Source of the DNA: an uncultured Actinomycetes bacterium
GTDB taxonomy: Bacteria; Actinomycetota; UBA4738; HRBIN12
DNA length: 64,000 nt
Direction of reading: 5' to 3'
Assembly (NCBI GenBank): GCA_963766935.1
Contig: CAVYBY010000002.1
Location: 289,372-353,371, forward strand
Below are positions 62,068-64,000 of this stretch, piece by piece. The position numbers and the translations under genes are program-made. Under the pieces are notes generated by a model that was not told where the DNA came from, made no database searches, and worked only from the letters and a program-made list of their open reading frames with translations. How positions within the stretch are numbered: the stretch's first letter is position 1; every line of letters starts with the position of its first letter.

Positions 62068-62956
62068 GGACGTCGTCGTTCGGTGCACGGGCGTCAGCTA
62101 TGCGTACCTGGAACGGTTTCCCGCGCTCGAGAGCGTCACGTTCTCGGTCGCCCGTGGCGAGAAGGTCGCCATGCTGGGAGCGAACGGATCCGGGAAGTCG
62201 ACGCTCCTCAAGATTCTCGACGGCCTCATCTTCCCCGACGCCGGCACGGTCGAGGCGTTCGGTGAGCCCCTGACCGAGGACAACCTCGAGGACGAGCAAT
62301 TCTCGATGGGGTTCCGGTCGCGGATGGGGTTCATCTTCCAGAACTCCGACGCCCAGGTGTTTTCGCCGACCGTGCGCGAGGAGATCGCCTTCGGGCCGCT
62401 CCAGATGGGATGGGGCCCCGAGAAGGTCGAGCAACGGATCGGCGACGTGATGCGGATGCTCGGCATCGACGGGCTCGCCGAACGTGCTCCGTTCCAGCTC
62501 TCGGGGGGCGAGAAGAAGCGGGTCGCGATCGCCTCGGTCCTGGCGATGAACCCGGAGGTGCTGCTGTTCGACGAGCCCACCGCCGCGCTCGACCCGCGCA
62601 CGCAGCGGTGGCTCGTCGAGCTGATCGTCGAGCTGAACCGAGCCGGCAAGACGATCGTGATGGCCACGCACGACCTCGACGTCCTGAACGTCGTGGCCGA
62701 CCGGTGCGTGATCTTCTCCGAGGACCACCGGATCGTGGCCGAGGGACCGCCCCGCCAGGTGCTCGCCGACCGCGAGCTCCTGCTGAGCGTGAACCTCGTC
62801 CACGAGCACAGCCACCTGCACGAGGGGGAGCCCGTGTCGCACGCCCACGAGCACGAGGCGGATCACCACGTCCTGACGAAGGGTTCCCCAGAAGGTTCCC
62901 CGGAAGGCTCGCCGGCAAGCGCGGAGGAACCGACGCAGCCCACCCCGAGCCGCTGA
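62045..62956 (+). CDS. ECF transporter ATPase CbiO/NikO with His-rich C-terminal tail
   Basis: Walker A GANGSGKST, LSGGEKKRVAIASVL, LLFDEPTAALD. Tail HEHSHLHEGEPVSHAHEHEADHH. Confidence 0.85.
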   Translation: MTGSLADRDVVVRCTGVSYAYLERFPALESVTFSVARGEKVAMLGANGSGKSTLLKILDGLIFPDAGTVEAFGEPLTEDNLEDEQFSMGFRSRMGFIFQNSDAQVFSPTVREEIAFGPLQMGWGPEKVEQRIGDVMRMLGIDGLAERAPFQLSGGEKKRVAIASVLAMNPEVLLFDEPTAALDPRTQRWLVELIVELNRAGKTIVMATHDLDVLNVVADRCVIFSEDHRIVAEGPPRQVLADRELLLSVNLVHEHSHLHEGEPVSHAHEHEADHHVLTKGSPEGSPEGSPASAEEPTQPTPSR

Positions 62957-62969
62957 GCGGGGCCGGTTC

Positions 62970-63410
62970 TCAGGCGGTGGAGGCGGCGCAGTCCCGGCAG
63001 AGGCCGGTGATCGCGAAGTGGGTCAGATCCGCCTCGAAGCCGTGACCGGCCCGAATCTGGGACTTGAGCGTGCGCTCCTCCCGGATCGACAGGGAGTCCT
63101 CCCGGCCGCAGTTCCGGCAGATCAGATGGACGTGCTTCGCGTCCTCCGCGCGGTGGTACTCGGCGCCGGACTCCAGGTGCGAGTGCTGCAGGACGCCGGC
63201 TTCCTCGAGGAGCGACAGCGTCCGGTAGACCGTGGAAGCGTTGACCCCCGGCATCTCGCGCTGAACCGTGCGCGCGACGGCCGTGGGCGAGATGTGGCCG
63301 GTGCTTCGCAGCACCTCGGACACGATGGCGAGGCGCTGGGGCGTCATCCGCAGCCCGCGGCTGCGCAGCCGGCCGACGATCTCGTCGACGTCGCGTTCCG
63401 CGGTCTCCAT
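62970..63410 (-). CDS. Fur family metalloregulator (Nur/Zur-like)
   Basis: 146 aa. DNA-binding helix RMTPQRLAIVSEVL. HxH motif (HSHLE), and CRNC...CRDC zinc site. Confidence 0.85.
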   Translation of the reverse strand: METAERDVDEIVGRLRSRGLRMTPQRLAIVSEVLRSTGHISPTAVARTVQREMPGVNASTVYRTLSLLEEAGVLQHSHLESGAEYHRAEDAKHVHLICRNCGREDSLSIREERTLKSQIRAGHGFEADLTHFAITGLCRDCAASTA

Positions 63411-63431
63411 ACGGGCCAGGGTAGCAGCGGC

Positions 63432-63443
63432 TTGCACGTGCAA
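63432..63443. promoter_or_regulatory. Perfect palindrome TTGCACGTGCAA in the fur / enoyl-CoA hydratase divergent intergenic region
   Basis: 12-bp palindrome 22 nt upstream of the fur start codon. Resembles TTGCAA-type Nur half-sites. Confidence 0.3.
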
Positions 63444-63498
63444 TGCAGGCAGGTGCGGCTTCACCGCCCCGGCCATCGGCCGGTAAGCTCGGCGGCCC

Positions 63499-64000
63499 AT
63501 GGGTGAGTTCGTCCGGCTCGACGTCACCGACGGTGTCGGGCTCGTGCGCCTGGACCGGCCGCCGGCGAACGCGATCGACCTTCAGATGGGCCGGGAGCTC
63601 GGCGACGCGGTGGGCGAGGCCGGCGAGCGGGACGACGTCGGGGCCATCGTGGTCTGGGGCGGGCCCCGGATCTTCGCGGCCGGCGCCGACATCGAGGCGA
63701 TGGCCACCTGGGGCCCCGACGAGGTCCGGCCGAGCGTCGAGGCGCTGGCGGCGGCCTGCGACCTCCTGGCCACCCTGCCCAAGATCTCGATCGCCGCCGT
63801 CAACGGGTTCGCCCTCGGCGGCGGCTGCGAGCTGGCCCTCGCCTGTGACCTTCGCTACGCGGCCGACGACGCTCAGCTCGGGCAGCCGGAAATCCGCATC
63901 GGGGTGATCCCCGGCGCGGGCGGGACGGCCCGGCTCGTCCGTCTCGTCGGCCCGTCCCGGGCCCGGGATCTCGTGTACACCGGCCGGTGGGTGGCCTCGG
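63499..64000 (+). CDS. Enoyl-CoA hydratase/isomerase (crotonase family), N-terminal part (continues past window end)
   Basis: Crotonase motifs VVWGGPRIFAAGADI and AAVNGFALGGGCELALACD. Confidence 0.8.
   Translation, partial: MGEFVRLDVTDGVGLVRLDRPPANAIDLQMGRELGDAVGEAGERDDVGAIVVWGGPRIFAAGADIEAMATWGPDEVRPSVEALAAACDLLATLPKISIAAVNGFALGGGCELALACDLRYAADDAQLGQPEIRIGVIPGAGGTARLVRLVGPSRARDLVYTGRWVAS

Overview
64 kb window of very high-GC (~70+ %) DNA. The coding pattern and gene content (mycothiol-type MDMPI domain, MarP, Bpa, NikMNQO plus a Nur-like Fur regulator, and a Rho with an N-terminal insertion) point to an actinobacterial chromosome. I support about 75 features, almost all protein-coding on the + strand and tightly packed, with many 1-4 nt stop/start overlaps.

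The backbone is the conserved actinobacterial block argS–hom–thrC–thrB–rho–rpmE–prfA–prmC–tsaC–wecA–atpBEFHAGDC–murA. As I recall the Mycobacterium tuberculosis Rv1292–Rv1315 region it is the same order, but lysA is absent here. Lineage-specific insertions interrupt the block:
(i) a tRNA-Arg(CCG) and an orphan CheY-like receiver translationally coupled to argS;
(ii) between thrB and rho, a MarP-like protease, a metallophosphoesterase, and a putative cyclic-2,3-diphosphoglycerate pathway pair (cDPG synthetase plus 2-phosphoglycerate kinase) coupled to a transaldolase;
(iii) DUF1385 and a DivIVA-domain gene between rpmE and prfA;
(iv) a YwlE-like LMW phosphatase and glyA after tsaC;
(v) a second potA–D–B–C polyamine ABC transporter between wecA and the atp operon.

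Upstream of the block lies a SigR/SigH-type ECF sigma plus ZAS anti-sigma pair. It is coupled to a group-II PLP decarboxylase and followed by an overlapping chain nth–GDPD–hypothetical–MDMPI–UDG(family 5). Further along are an ABC exporter, GNAT, a VIT/MarR divergent pair, pyrE/pyrD, and a first potA–D–B–C locus.

Downstream of murA are a secreted/polytopic membrane protein pair, a CPBP protease, SCP2, Zn-ADH, a PrsW intramembrane protease, MeaB, a NikMN–Q–O ECF metal transporter with unusual Cys- and His-rich extensions, and a Fur-family regulator with candidate palindromic operators.

Three well-conserved genes are disrupted as sequenced. potD1 and thrB each carry a net +1 frameshift, and the M20 peptidase has an in-frame TAG. 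Because thrB is normally essential, this most likely reflects assembly indel/base errors rather than gene decay.

No CRISPR array, transposase, integrase or recognisable defence cassette was found. The most novel-looking content is the sigma-coupled decarboxylase/repair cluster, the cDPG module in a bacterium, and the receiver–argS coupling.
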